Assembly (NCBI GenBank): GCA_000934665.2
Contig: KZ539103.1
Location: 1 to 33,505, forward strand
Length of the DNA stretch: 33,505 nucleotides
Source: Catajapyx aquilonaris
Taxonomy: Eukaryota
Direction of reading: 5' to 3'
Both the position numbers and the translations under genes were made by a program. The notes under the pieces are model-generated. The model was not told where the DNA came from. It did not search any database and saw only the letters and a program-made list of their open reading frames with translations. Shown here piece after piece: positions 11,640-24,440 of this stretch. Position 1 is the first letter of the stretch. Each line of letters opens with the position of its first letter.

Positions 11640-12100
11640 AGGGTGGGATTGGGCAGGGTGGGTGGGTGGAATCAGGTGGAATGCGGGCCTCCTTCCCACC
11701 CACTGGTCACCTCCCCCAAAATGTCCGGCTTCCTTTTCCATTTCCCCGAAAGTGAGTGACGCGCATATTTCAAAGGCGACTGCCCCGCCCTCTGCTCACG
11801 GGGAGTCCAAACTAGGAGGTTTAGGTTCTGGCCGCATGAGAGGCGTCGGGCGCTGATTCCCCCTGGTGCAGGGGTTCCTTTGAGTGGTTCCCAATCACAA
11901 ACGTCTCCAGAGTCCAGACAGCCACCTCCATACCACTACACCACCTCGCCTGCGCGCCATCGTGCGGGAGGGCCTTCTGATCTAAAGTCGAGCGCGCTAA
12001 CCAACACACTACAGCAGCCATCGCTGGGACAGCTCCTTCCGACGGGGGTTCTTATACTGCGCAGAGGTCAGGCCGCCGTTAAATGACCAATTTACGTGGA
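11500..12100 (+). promoter_or_regulatory. GC/CpG-rich promoter-like block with a possible first exon
   Basis: Sharp rise in GC and CpG. CRE/E-box-like CACGTCACG at ~11534-11542 is also conserved in the left arm. GC-box ccccgccc at ~11783. Candidate donor GAG|GTCAGG at 12066/12067. Confidence 0.4.
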
Positions 12101-12342
12101 GGGGGGCGAGCGTGTTGATATTTTCAGTGCTGGAATATTAATTTTCACTGCTTGATTTGGGCAGGGGGTAGGGGGTACGATGGACTAACCTAACCTTCAC
12201 TCGTTGCGTATACAGCCCTATCCTCAGCGTATACAGCCAGCCTAACCGGGACTTATCTGGGGAATTGCTGCTTAAATTTTGTCATGTAGAAAAACATATC
12301 CTGGGAGTGACAGTTGAAATCTAATGCTGGAATTGTTTACAG

Positions 12343-15300
12343 GTTACTGCAACTAGTTCCACGTTTGACAAGGTGCTTGGGGAAAGCAGTTCTTCCGGAA
12401 GCGTCCGCAACCTGATCTGCATCAGGGGAGGATGATTGTTACAACCCAACAGACCCGTGATGAAACAACAGCTTTTGTGTGCAGGTGAATAATCCAGATG
12501 AATAATCAGTTTTTTCCCCCACTATTATGAACTTCTGAGAGTACTTCAATGGGGATTTTTTTTCATGTAAGGTGTACGAAAAGTTACATAAGATTTAACT
12601 GGTCAGTCGCAATTTGAATTTTTTGTCACTTGTTGACTCGTGTTGACTCTTGGGTTAGCAGGGGCATTGGGTGGATGATAATTGCATATCATGGACTGAT
12701 ATGAGTCACTGTCATGTGCTGATAAGAAATTGAGTCAATCATAATGGCTTAGCTTAAGATTTGTGGTAGATATTTGTGATAGTTAGCAGATCACTGGCTC
12801 TTAATGTATTTCTTGTCTCTAACGTCACATTTAATGCAGATTATTATTTATTTAATTTATTTAACAAGCACCATTTCTATGGTGTGTAACTTGAATCTAA
12901 TGGACGTGGTGTTGGGTGATTGCAACAATGAGCATTAAAGAACTTGGGCAAAATGAGATTTTTTGGGTGCACTGTGGTGTGAATGAGCATGTGTAATGCA
13001 TAATTTTTGTGGCAATAAAAAATGTTGGGCAGTTTGTAGCATGACTAATTGAGGGGCTCCCAACTAGAGTGGTTCAAGTCACATAATGTTGTTTCCCAGA
13101 TATTGGGATTTGAAGTTAATGACTTACACTGAAGTCATATGTGATCAAATACGAATCTTGGTGGTTCAAGTCTTCCAGGAATTTTTCTCTGCACATCAAC
13201 TTGAACTGCAAGTTTAAGATGGTATAGCGCCGATGCCAATGCTATGTATAACTTTTTGAATTATTTTTTGTCGCTTGAACCACTCGTGTTGGGAGCCCCT
13301 CAATTGTTCACTGAAAGCATTTTAGTCAAAGAAATGACCTATGTGCTGTACCAGTTGCACTATGTGATGGGTTACTGTTATAGTTACTACAATGGGATAC
13401 AAGTTTATAAGTTTGTGCCAAGTGTAACTTCTGTGATGTCAATAATGCCAGTTGTAGGGCTGCATCAGTTTGAAATTATGATCCACTGTTGCCATATTGC
13501 AAGGTTGTATTATGAGTAGAGTCCGGATTTTTAAGCAACGGCCTATTAGTTCCTTACAAGTTGGGACTGTTTAGTGAAGAGATCTATCCCTTTCATAAGT
13601 GCAGGATGTAGAAAATGTAGGTTTTATAGTGCCTAAAATGGCCTATTTCGTGGTTTTGGGAACTATGTTGCACAACTTCTTATGCCTATTTGGCCTTTTT
13701 TGGGATAGTTTTGGAACTTTTTGCAGTCATTTTGGGACTTTTTGGGCCTATTCCTTCAGAGGCATGTTTGGTTTTTTTGAGGAGTATTTTTTGTGCTCCT
13801 GAAATGACCCAAAATCGTTCAGAAGTAATACGAATCATGTTTCTGTGACACATATTTATGCCAGATATTTTTCTAAATTTTCCTTGGATTTGAAAAATTT
13901 TTGGCAACATATTATGCACGTATGGTGCAAGTGGAGACTGGCTATTAGCGGGAGTGTCCAGAGAAAGTGATGCTTGCACTTTATGTGTCTTTTGCTCAAG
14001 TTTTGTGATTTTCTGACAGTTGATCATTGTTATTCGATTTTTCCTCTGGTTTGTGACCTTATATTTATACTTTAGGCTTATATAATTTTCATGGCTATTT
14101 AATTTTCAGTAACATGATCCCCAAAAAAGGAAACTCTTTTGTGCCTATTTTAGGGGTTTTTTGTGCCGATTTAACTGCCTATTTGCCTAAAATCTGGACT
14201 CTAATTATGAGACCTGGATTGTACAAAATGTGGCATGAATTTAGGCTGGAAAATTATTTTCTTTTGATAATTATTTTGTGGTGTATCAACATATTTTTTA
14301 TTGGAAGTTCCTCAATTTCAGATGAAATATTGAAACTCAGCTTTTAAATCTCTGGGCAGTGAAAACCTATGCTTCGATGTCACCACTATTTTGCATTTGA
14401 AGCCACAAATCGTGATATGAATGTATCGTAATTTTAATTTTAATGACAATTGCAGATGCCCATTTTTCGAAGGTAGAATTTAATGAAGTCAGTGCTCATT
14501 AAACAATATGGCAGTACCTCGATTGGAGTATTACAAAGAGGAATTATTGCATTTTAAATTTCATTAAAATTATTGTTAGTGGACAATATGTGAATCAAAA
14601 AACTGGTGTGCAATTGTAATAAAAAATGACAGTTAAGGTTCCTAATTCCCGCTGGGGCCAATTCAGATGCAACAAAATTTCATGTTCTCAACTTTCAAGG
14701 CCAGGTGTGCAACACTCAGACAACAGTAAAAAACTCAGTCATACTTTCTCATCTAATACTGTTAAAACCATTTCTGATAAAAATTGGGATGCTTTGGTGT
14801 TATCAAGCATTTTGCATGTTACAAAAAAGCTTGCACAAAATGGATGTTGGCTTTAACTTCCCAGTCTTGGCATAATCCTCCAAACCATCTGAATTCAGGC
14901 AACATTTTCTCCCGAAAAATTAACGTAATGGAACTATTGTCAGTCATTTTTAATATAAACATTTGCGTATGTCAGTTATTGCATAGTTAGGGGGGATGGA
15001 CCAAGCACAGAGTTGTTGTTAGATCATTGTCATGTGCAATCTTGATTCTTTTTATTGAGGGTGTGCCAAATGTTTTGATGATGATGAACAACAGTTATTG
15101 TGTAATTAAATCCCCAACTGAGAGATGTAGATTTTAATTTTTTTTTCAACTTCATATGCCACAGAAATGATTAGGAGCATTACATTGTATGCATTATTTG
15201 GCAATATCAGAAAATGCTGTAAATTTTGAAAATTAATATTTTATCAAACGAGTGATTGTGCATCCCTGTTTGTACAATGTGCCAACACTTTGCAAAGGAA

Positions 15301-15885
15301 ACCCCAAACTTCCCATACATGATACCCATTAATATCAATTTTAGATGACAATATACTTGTAACCCTGAAAGATTGCTCATCTTCCATCATTTCTGTAAAA
15401 GCAATTAAATAGATTTTTTAAATGCTTTTTGTAATTGTGAGATTGAAGAAATAAATTTTCAAATCCATATTTCTCAATTTCATGTATAAGTGCATAAATT
15501 TCATTTTAATTTTTTATTTAATATCCACTGGAAACAACCTCATTAAAATTGTGACAGTGAGGGGATCCTTAACGAATTGGCATTGACCGTTGCATTGGGT
15601 CGTGCTTGTGTTAATTGACAGTGTGACTGATATTAATTTTATTTTCAGAAAGATAAGTCATCTGACCATCGCCATCAAATGACTGGCAACCGTGAGGAAC
15701 TTCTTGAAATACTTGGCAACAATTCAACAAGGGATGAGTCTTGGGAACATGACAACTCCCTCAAAGGAGGCTTCATGGGGGCAATTGGTTAGCGGTGGAT
15801 GGAATGGCGGCCCATACCTATGGAGTGAAACATCAGCTCAGTTTGGGATGACAATGGTGATCAGCCTCACCTGGCTAATGTGGAG
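12343..15885 (+). ncRNA. Candidate spliced non-coding (or decayed) transcript: exons 12343-12484 and 15649-15885, further acceptor at 18409
   Basis: Branch point plus acceptor ctaat...tgtttacag|g with donor cag|gtgaat; ctgat...attttcag|a with donor gag|gtaatt; tttctttttttgcag|a. Exons are GC-richer than their flanks and have stops in all frames I tested. Confidence 0.35.
13517..14203. mobile_element. Complete non-autonomous hAT element (MITE), 687 bp
   Basis: TIRs TAGAGTCCGGATTTT / AAAATCTGGACTCTA with a perfect 8-bp TSD ATTATGAG (13509-13516 and 14204-14211). Multiple subterminal GCCTAT motifs. Confidence 0.93.
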
Positions 15886-16222
15886 GTAATTGTCACACTG
15901 TACTAATGTTTCTTTTAGGGGAAGTTAACCGTAATTATGGCAACACCATTATTTGTCACAATTGGACTAAACCCATCTCAAATTTTTAAGGCTTCTTGAG
16001 TAGTCTAAACTGCATTGGCAGATTTCCTAAGCTGTGGTCTGCACAGTGATATGCATATATATTTTATTGTATCTGGGACACTTGTAAAATACGTTTGCAA
16101 CATCTTGAAATTTCTCATTGCCTTCAAACTGGAATGAAAGTAACTTCAAAAGGCAAGATAGTAGACCTTCTCCTGGCAAGGCTCAAAAAATGGCGAGGAT
16201 ATTGATTTGATATTTGATAGGA

Positions 16223-17875
16223 AGGCAATTCCAGGACAAATCACGCAAAGGACTTCACCCCCTATTTTTTGATTGCAATGAAATTAGGTACAATATAATT
16301 CTCCATAAGGAATATAGCTCAAATCAATTTTTTTAAACAATTCAGGGTCACTAGGTCACAATTAATTAAATGGGCAAAATCCCATAAAAACCGGTTAAAA
16401 GCCCCACACCCGTGGACAAACGACCCTATGTCTCGTGAACTACACTGCACAACAATATTTCTGATATACGAATGTGCTGTCCAGGATTGAGAGATTGCGA
16501 TGATTGAATGATCACATTTCTTGAGTCGGCCTAAAGGTGTTATATTTAGAGTTCATTGCGGACAAAGTTATTAAGTTCAACTAACTATCTCCTTTGGCCT
16601 TAAAAATTATATATACCGTGTTCTGTACTTCAACAACCATTTTTTACTGATTTTTCCAGGGTGGTCCCTCAGTAAGTTTCGCCATAATAAAATAAAACAT
16701 GTTGGTCAACTCTGTATTTTGGTTGTATAAATTCACGAAATTTGTGCCAAGGCTGGCAGGGTCGGCATCAGGGTCCATCTGTCGCGAAGGAGGTTGGGAA
16801 CATGCCACGTATTCGCAGCCTGCCTTTACTCCTGATGGACCCTGCCATTCTTGGAAAAATTCGTGACATCATACAACCAAAATCCATCTTATAGCTCTTG
16901 GAAAATTCAGAAGATCATGTTCCCTCATTTGTCGTAAGCCGGAAGCATAAACCACCTGCACATGAAATGAGGCATCGTACATGAGCACCTACAACAGTTT
17001 GTAACAATGTGTTCCAATCATGTTCGTGCAACGATCACATCTTACGTATAAAATGACAGTGTGGGCTACCAGTGCACAGAATTTCAAGAATATGTGTGAG
17101 ATTTCGGCATTTAAGAGTTGACCTCTGCCCCCCAAAAAGGGGTCACCTGGTCATTTTGAGCAGGTCACTTTAGGTGCGTTTTTCATGTACCGAATTTCTA
17201 CCAATGTACCGAATTTCTAGAAAATCGGTGAGACCTTGGAAAGTATCCATTGTGAGTTCAAGAGGTCATAACTTTTGACCTTGTGGGCATCCGCCTAAAT
17301 TGTTTGCATTTTCTTTAGTAAGTTACCTGCCTATTACCACTTCCCTTGTCAGTTCGAACAGAAAGGCAATGCTGGGACAACCTCCTTAAAAATATCAATT
17401 GTAAAGTTCAAACAGAAAGGACCTGACATCACACCATATTGCCCTAAACAAAAATCGACTACTCCTGTATTTCTAATGGTTTTATAAAACTGACTGGGGT
17501 TATCGCTACCTGCGATTTTTCCCCACCCCCTCACGTGCGCTTGACCTGTGACTCGGATACACCCTGTATCACACCCTTATTCAAACTTCAAAAATTTGAA
17601 CATTCAATCTTCGCAATCTCTCAATCCTGGACAGCGCATTCGTACCTCAGAAATATTGTTGTGAAGTGTAGTCAACGAGACATAGAGTTGTTCGTCCCAG
17701 TGTGTGGGGCATTTCACTGGATTTTGACTACTTCATTACATATCATCTAATGACCCAGAATTGTTTGAAAAACTTGATTTCATCCTCTATTCCGTATGGA
17801 GATTTATCGTACCAAATTTTATTGAGATAAAAAAAGGGGGTGAAGTCCATTGCATGATTTCTCCTGGAATCGCTC
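16223..17875. mobile_element. Non-autonomous DNA transposon with ~300-bp imperfect TIRs (termini resemble the Sola-like element)
   Basis: aggcaattccaggacaaatcacgcaaaggacttcaccccc / gggggtgaagtccattgcatgatttctcctggaatcgctc. Complementarity continues to ~16520/17590 (gctgtccaggattgagagattgcga). Internal small palindrome at ~16716-16884. No TSD recovered. Confidence 0.8.
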
Positions 17876-19269
17876 GGGTTGTAGATGTATGACGAATGCC
17901 ACAACAGATTTTAAGGATCTGGTTTTTGGTTCGTACCTATGAGCCGAGCTTTTTTTAACACACAGTTTTCATTATGTGACATAAAATTAAATTGGGTATA
18001 TCCCAGCTGCACCTTAGGTGATACTTCACTACACTACATCCCTCTCATTTGAATTTCTGGTTTATTAGATACATCAATGTAAATGGGAGTCTTCTTCAAG
18101 AAATGGGTGTAGCGTAATAGGTAGTACTTATTTTCAGACACACCAGCCATTGCATGGATGTGTTCTTGTTCTGTACCATGTGTACTTTGACAGAAAATTA
18201 ACAAGTGTCCAGTGTTAGCCAGAAACAGATTTTTGCATTGATTTTGCCACAAAAGTAACATGGCTTGGACGTCCTTTTTAAAAGGGGAAATGGGGTGCTG
18301 ATAAAGTGTTTTATGACATTCGAATGTTAGGTGTTGTGATTGCCATTTTTCTAGTGTCCTGAATGTGTGATATAAATTGAAAATTAATACGTACTTTCTT
18401 TTTTTGCAGATTGAAAATAGTACATCCACGCAGCATCTCATCTGGGTTTTAAATCGTATGCTTTACCTGTTGGCAATGATTCGGCAAGTAGAAGGCATTC
18501 CAAACGAAACGCTGGAGGCTTTGCTACCCTCCTGTGTTCCATGCACCGTGACGGTGTTGCGGTCTGGTGGTGCCAACAACTCAGCAGTGAGATGGCACTC
18601 CTGCCTCGCCCATCCTTTAGGGTTGGACGTCTCCAGGGACACCACAGAAGTGAACAACCCAGCATAGCCTGACCATTTGGCACTCTTGTATTTCTCCCTC
18701 CATTTTTGCGAGTACCTGACCAGGCTCGAGAATTTTTAAATAATGGTTATGTGGGTGTAGCGACGACCACCACTGCACCCCCAGTCTTGTGGGATAAGCC
18801 ATGAGGCATGATGATGAAGTTACATAACCAACCTTGCCTATAGAATCACATGTGACTGATGTACAAAGCCAACGCTCCTGCCCTTGACTCGTATGGAAGG
18901 ATCTGATGGACGGGATGAGGAGGAGGCCTGTGGGAAGGTGGGAAGGGAAGGGCTTCAATCCCCCAACCATCAAGAGATCCCTTGCGGGGTACTGGCGGGG
19001 ACGACGTGAGGGTAGCAGTTGGGAAGAAGACCCATGGGCCTGGTTGCCGCCATTGTTCGAGATGGCTAGACGTCCCCGTTCCTGCCTGAGTGATGGAAGA
19101 ACTAGCTCAAAGAACGAGTCACATGTGGGAAATTCGCATGGGCTGGTTGGTCATGTTTCCTCTGCATCTGTATCAATTAATGTCTCCATCTTGACTACAG
19201 GAGGGGGTGGTAGGGAATAATAAAGAGAACAGGGGAATGGAACGGCAAGGAACATCCTGCCATGAAAAA

Positions 19270-19415
19270 TCACCAGTCACCGTGCTGTTCTGGGCGACCT
19301 CTTCCCATGCTCTCTCCTTGGAATCCTTGTTCTGGTACTGCCAAGTCCGCATGTCCCAAATAATGGGTTTCTCAATGTATGGGACAAACACCTCGTATGA
19401 TGCTGTTGCAGCCAT
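19270..19415 (-). pseudogene. N-terminal half of a MADF (Myb/SANT-like) domain, possibly a Harbinger DNA-binding ORF remnant
   Basis: MAATASYEVFVPYIEKPIIWDMRTWQYQNKDSKERAWEEVA fits the MADF pattern P.(L/I)WD....Y.N...K..AW.E(I/V)A. ATG in AAAGATGG context. A Harbinger-like terminus GGCCTGGTCACAC lies upstream at 19667-19655. The C-terminal half was not found. Confidence 0.7.
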
Positions 19416-21550
19416 CTTTTTTTAATTTTTATTATTTACTATTTATTTTTATTGACCAAGGAACCAGCAGTAAATGGAACAGGTTGGGTGAGCTGGGGTC
19501 GCAGGGAGGGGTGGGCAACCAATCGACTTATCGTGGAGGCATCCGGTGAGCTGGATGTAGTAAAGACTGGGGCCTCTCTGCGTTTCCCCACTTTTCCCCC
19601 CTATTTTTGCGCCCAAAGAAGCCCTCTGGGCTCAACTGGACCCTACGATCGCAAGTGTGACCAGGCCGGTGAAGGCAATTTCGCATGTCCAACCAACGCA
19701 GCGTCTTCATGACAGACCCATGAAGCCTGCTGGGCAGCTCACATTAACACAATTGGGTGTTTTAATTTTGTCCCAGATAATCCCACTGTCCTGGTAGGGG
19801 ATGAAGAGCTCTGAACCATATTGTGTGGTCCATCGTTGGAGGTACACTTCTTCTAGGTCCCCATAGAATTTTCACAGGTTTCACTTGGTTGCAGCCATCA
19901 TAATTCATACCCAGTCATCAGCCTGCGGCTCTTTAGGGGGGAAGTTCATCCCAATTTTTGTTTTGACTGGAACTCTTTGCTTTCATTTTTACTTTGCTTT
20001 TCGGGATAGGATACTCAGTCAGTGAACTAAGAGCAATCTCCATGTTTCCCTTCTGATATGATCGTTACTCTCTCAGCCATTAGGAAGATATTGCCCTGAG
20101 AAAGTTCACACACCTGCCATTCTATGGAAAGTGACTTCAATTGAGGTGTAATAATGCAGTAATTCATGTGCCAATTCCTGTCCGCCTCTCGGGAGGTTCT
20201 ACAGTAGGTTGTTTCGGTGTGTTGGTCCATTTGTGTACAAAGAGGCACTAGCCGGGCCACCTATTTTACAGTTGCAATACTAATAACTGCAATAAGTGCA
20301 ACACGTGCAAAGTTGGGCATGTAGCAATTGTTGCAGCATACCTTACTGTTTGATTGTTGTTGTTTGATGTTGCACCTGGATGACTGTCCATCCACCTCCA
20401 TCAGTGACCATGTCACACTACACCTGTACTTCTCACAGTGATGAGACAACAGGTAATATAACGCGTGATTTCTCTGCAGATTGTATGTGAAATGCTTGTC
20501 TTACTACCAAGGAAACCAAAATACCTCATGATCAGCGCCGTGGACCAGGAAGACAATCGTCATACTCAGTCGGTCTGAAGCTGGGATGGCACTTCTGTAA
20601 TTCGTGTCTTGTTTGGTGATGTATGGCCTGAGAAGACACAAAAGATAAGATCATACTCGACACTCTGCAAGATCAGTTCTGTAGTATGAATAACATACCT
20701 CTACAACCAACTAGAGAGTCTGGCACAAGTGACAAAAGATGGTCATAGGGCTTTGGAGTCCTCCGCATGAACCTATTTTTCTATGGATTGACTTGTTACC
20801 TACTCAGTTGATTGTGCATAGGATCCAAGTCTTTTCCGTATACAAACTGCGAGACTCCATCGTCTTAATGAATAGTAAAAGTGTCTATGCTCACAGAGGA
20901 AGCTATTTCCCTGGCTCTCTAATGGTCTGTGATGTTATACAGTTAAATTTTTCACAAACTACAGTCTTGCAGAGTAATCGAGCAATTACGTGGTGGGTTA
21001 TGTATGGTGTTTGTAAGAGATTGGCCTTGATTTCTGATCTTACATGCAGGTCCTCTGTTGCACTGGGTGAGGATTCAACAAACGCAAGAGTAAATGATGA
21101 AGAATGCGTTCTGCAATGGTGTGTGGACTGTCTTAGTTCTTGTTATCCCTCAACTTATCGAATTCAGTTCCCACACTTTGGCCCAGTGTTGACGGTGAAA
21201 TTGACAAGTCCTTTATAACATTGGCCAGTCGGTTGTTCAGTCTAGTGTTCCGTATCGCGTGATCGTTAACTTGACCTAACAGGCTTGTTTGTTTTTCTAA
21301 TAAGTGAAATGTCCGCCTTCATGTCATATTGAGGGGTTTCGAGATTTCTGTTAAAAGAAAATTGGCTATAGCACATGGTTACCTGGACTTTAAAGTACAT
21401 CAACTCTTATGGCTGTATGAACTGAAGTATTTTACTGTTATTATTATTCGTGTTATTAACATTCCGACTCTTAGGCTCACGATCAAAATGAAGTTAATCA
21501 AATTGGTGAACTTAATTATTTTGCCAATATGATACAGGTGGTAGGGGTGG

Positions 21551-22224
21551 TGTCACGGATACAAATTTTAGGGGGTTGTAACCCCCCCAAACAAGCAGAG
21601 AAAGTTCATTTATTCTCTCAACAATAATTCAGGCTAGGGGAACAACGTTCCTCTCAAAAGGGTTCACAATAATGCTGGAAGGGTTAATGGACGGCTAGGA
21701 AGGGCAGACTTACAGTTCAAACAAGCCTGAATAAACTCACCCAAAATATCACAAGTGAGAATCCAATACATTTGGTTCCAACCACCAAAAAAAGGCACTT
21801 CTCGCACGAAAGCACTTTCACTAGCTTTCAACTCCAAGCCTCAATTTCACCAGGGCCCAATTGGAGTGAAACAAATGGGAACACTAAGCACTCACTCACA
21901 GGTGAACACAATGGCACAACTCTCCTGGTTGAAAAGATGATCCCGAAACAGGGACGTCACGTCGAATTTACCAAAAGGATTAGGACGACAACTTCAACTC
22001 CAGAGTGTGCCTCAGATGAGTATTCCTCCACGTATCCGTAAGGAACACCCTCCCAAAACGGTACAATTCACTCCCCAAATGGTGAAGGTAAACGTGTACA
22101 ATTTTCCCACGAATTACCCACTTCCAACTTCACCTGAAGAATCCCAGTAGACAATCCCCACTGGTCCTCAGGGGAGCCCCCAAAAAAGAGACTAGCTATC
22201 ACTAGTCCTCCAGGCGTTACTGAG
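21551..22224. mobile_element. Possible LTR-like fragment abutting the truncated ankyrin copy A
   Basis: Starts TGTCACGG. AATAAA on the minus strand near 21610. A/C-rich LTR-like composition. No second LTR terminus or TSD found. Confidence 0.3.
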
Positions 22225-23000
22225 CTTTAGCAACCCCTTGAGCATTTCCTGGCAGTCGTGGTAGGCGGCGAGGTGGAGGGCCGTTTCCCCGTCTTTGTCT
22301 GTGGCCTCCAACTCCGCGCCCTTCTTCAGTAGCATCTCAGCCATTACCCAATGACCAGTCATTGCCGCCATGTGTAAGCCTTGGACATCACACACATTTG
22401 GCCACGTAGGCTGATCGTGTGAGTTCATCATCACACGTGGCACTGACGTCTGCACCTTTGGTCAGTAAGTGCTTGGCTATGCCCAAGTGGTTATTGCTAA
22501 TGGCGCCGTGAAGGGGAGTCATCCTTTGGAATCCAGGATCATTCACGCTGGCACCGGCACCAAGGAGGGTCTTCACCACCCCTTTGTGCCCGTGCCAGGC
22601 CGCCCAGTGAATGGGCTGGGCATCCCTCTCGTCACGGGCCGACACGTAATCTGTCGGCCCGTTCTCCAGCAATAAGGAACATGCCTCAGCATGCCCGTTT
22701 TGGGCAGCCCTGGAATAAACCAAGATAAGATAACGATATAAACCATGATAACTTAATGCAATGTTGAATAGCAGCAATTCACCTGTGAAGGGGTGTGGCC
22801 TTGGTCCTCTTGTCCCCTACGGTGACATTACAGCCCTTCTTCAACAGGTACTTCAACACATTGCTGTGCCCGTTGGCCGCGGCTTTGTGGAGACATGCTT
22901 CCCCAAACTCGTCCTCTGCGGCCAAAACTGCCCCCTCGCTGTGCTTCTCTGTCAATTCCTTGAGCACGTCCAACTGGCCTTCCAATGGGGCCTCTAGCAT
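22225..23000 (-). pseudogene. Ankyrin-repeat protein, copy A (exons 23003-22783 and 22709-~22225; frameshifted and 3' truncated)
   Basis: TPLH/ANK motifs (GEACLHKAAANGH, ATPLHRAAQNGH, QPIHWAAWHGH, MTPLHGAISNNH, GETALHLAAYHD). 73-nt GT-AG intron 22782-22710. Frameshift at 22390. Homology to the paralogues stops at 22225. Confidence 0.9.
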
Positions 23001-23062
23001 GGCCTGGGTGAAGACCAACAGTCGCATGTTAGTCTACATATGTTTCACAGACTTCACAGTGT

Positions 23063-23550
23063 CATGCGGCTGATCATCAATATTAAAAATGGGTCCAAGT
23101 ACATCAAAGTAGGCCCAGATTATCTCTCGCTAATGCCAGATTCTCCCTGTTCTCACTGCAACCAGAAAGTCATGCTTGATCTCTACCATATAATATACGA
23201 CTGTCCAGCTTTCACACCCCCACGTAACACGTACTTATACGCATTCCCACCTGCACCAAACTTACACTTGGCTACCATGGCAAGCAATATACATGGTAGC
23301 AATTTCGATAACTTACTTAATTTTCTCCAAACGCAAATAAACGCATGACTTTTTTTACTTACTGAAGCATTAAAGATGCATATGAACGACACAAAGTCCC
23401 GGTGTATGAAAAATGCCTGCCTTTTTTTCTCCTATTTTCTTTTTTTTTTGTATATGTACTAGCACCACATTGTAATTATGTAAACCCGATCCGTCTCCCC
23501 CTAATGGTCCAATGGGGTAAAATCAAATTAATTAATTAAAAATTAAAAAC
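23063..23550 (+). mobile_element. 3' end of a non-LTR retrotransposon (CCHC knuckle, 3'UTR, AATT-rich tail)
   Basis: CSHCNQKVMLDLYHIIYDCPAFTPPR is the C-x2-C-x9-H-x4-C knuckle typical of LINE ORF2 C-termini. Stop at 23348, then a tail aaattaattaattaaaaattaaaaa. It replaces the upstream region of ankyrin copy A. Confidence 0.8.
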
Positions 23551-23564
23551 TTAATGCAAATTAT

Positions 23565-24440
23565 CTACTCCACATGAGCCCGTCGCCGCTTCCCACTTCT
23601 CTGGCGATTGCTCAACTTTCTCTTTTCTGCCCTTATGTATAGGTGGCAACCTCATTGTGTTCGTTTGCCTCGGCCAGATCCTCTGGCTTTTTGCATTTGG
23701 TCGTGGTGGAGGTGGCCTCCATGTCGGCCCCCTTTTCCACCAAGAAGGCCACCACATCTTCGTGGCCACGATAGGCCGCCACATGCAGAGGGGTCCACCC
23801 ATCCACAGTGGTGGCCTCCAACTTGGCCCCCTTCTCCAACAGCAACCCTACCATGGCCTTCAAACCATGGTAGGCCGCCAGATGGAGAGGGGTCTGGCCG
23901 GATTTGTTTGCGGCTTCCAAGTGCGCGCCCTTCCTCAGCAGCAGCCTGACCGTCGCAAGGTGTAATGGGGTCTCCCTATCCTTGTTTTCCGCTCCCATGT
24001 TGGCATTTACCTTCAGCAGTTCGCGCACCATTTCCACGTGGTTACAGTAGGCCGCCAAGTGGAGGGCCGTCTCTCCATCTTTGTTCTTGGCCTCCAGCCC
24101 CGCACCCTCCTCTAGCAATACCTGGGCCATTTCCACACATCCTGTTGTAACTGCCACATGAATGGCCTGGATGTCCAATAAACGTTTTGCGGGGTACGCC
24201 GACCTTGTTACTTCGTCGTCACAGCGGGCGTTGATGTCGGCACCGTTGCGCAGTAACGACTTTTCGATTCCTACATGTCCACTACTCACCGCGCTGTGAA
24301 GCGGCGTCATCTTGTGGTATCCGGGGTTGTTGCTGCTGGCACCAGCGAGGAGAAGTGTTTCCACCACCTCCTGGTGCCCATGCCACGCGGCCCAGTGAAA
24401 GGCCTGGACGTCAGAGATTCGTTTCCCAGGGTATGTCCAA
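23565..24440 (-). pseudogene. Ankyrin-repeat protein, copy B (5' truncated; ~7 repeats; late frameshift)
   Basis: ORF 23633-24472 has canonical repeats (GETALHLAAY, GQTPLHLAAYHG, GWTPLHVAAYRGH). In-frame 6-codon deletion versus copy C (LHLA/TVRLLL). A 2-nt TA duplication at 23640 removes the basic tail, whose restored stop is at 23565-23567. Confidence 0.9.

Noticed and set aside
20739..21218. 159-aa + strand ORF
   Set aside because: No recognisable motif or coding-like composition; likely a chance ORF.
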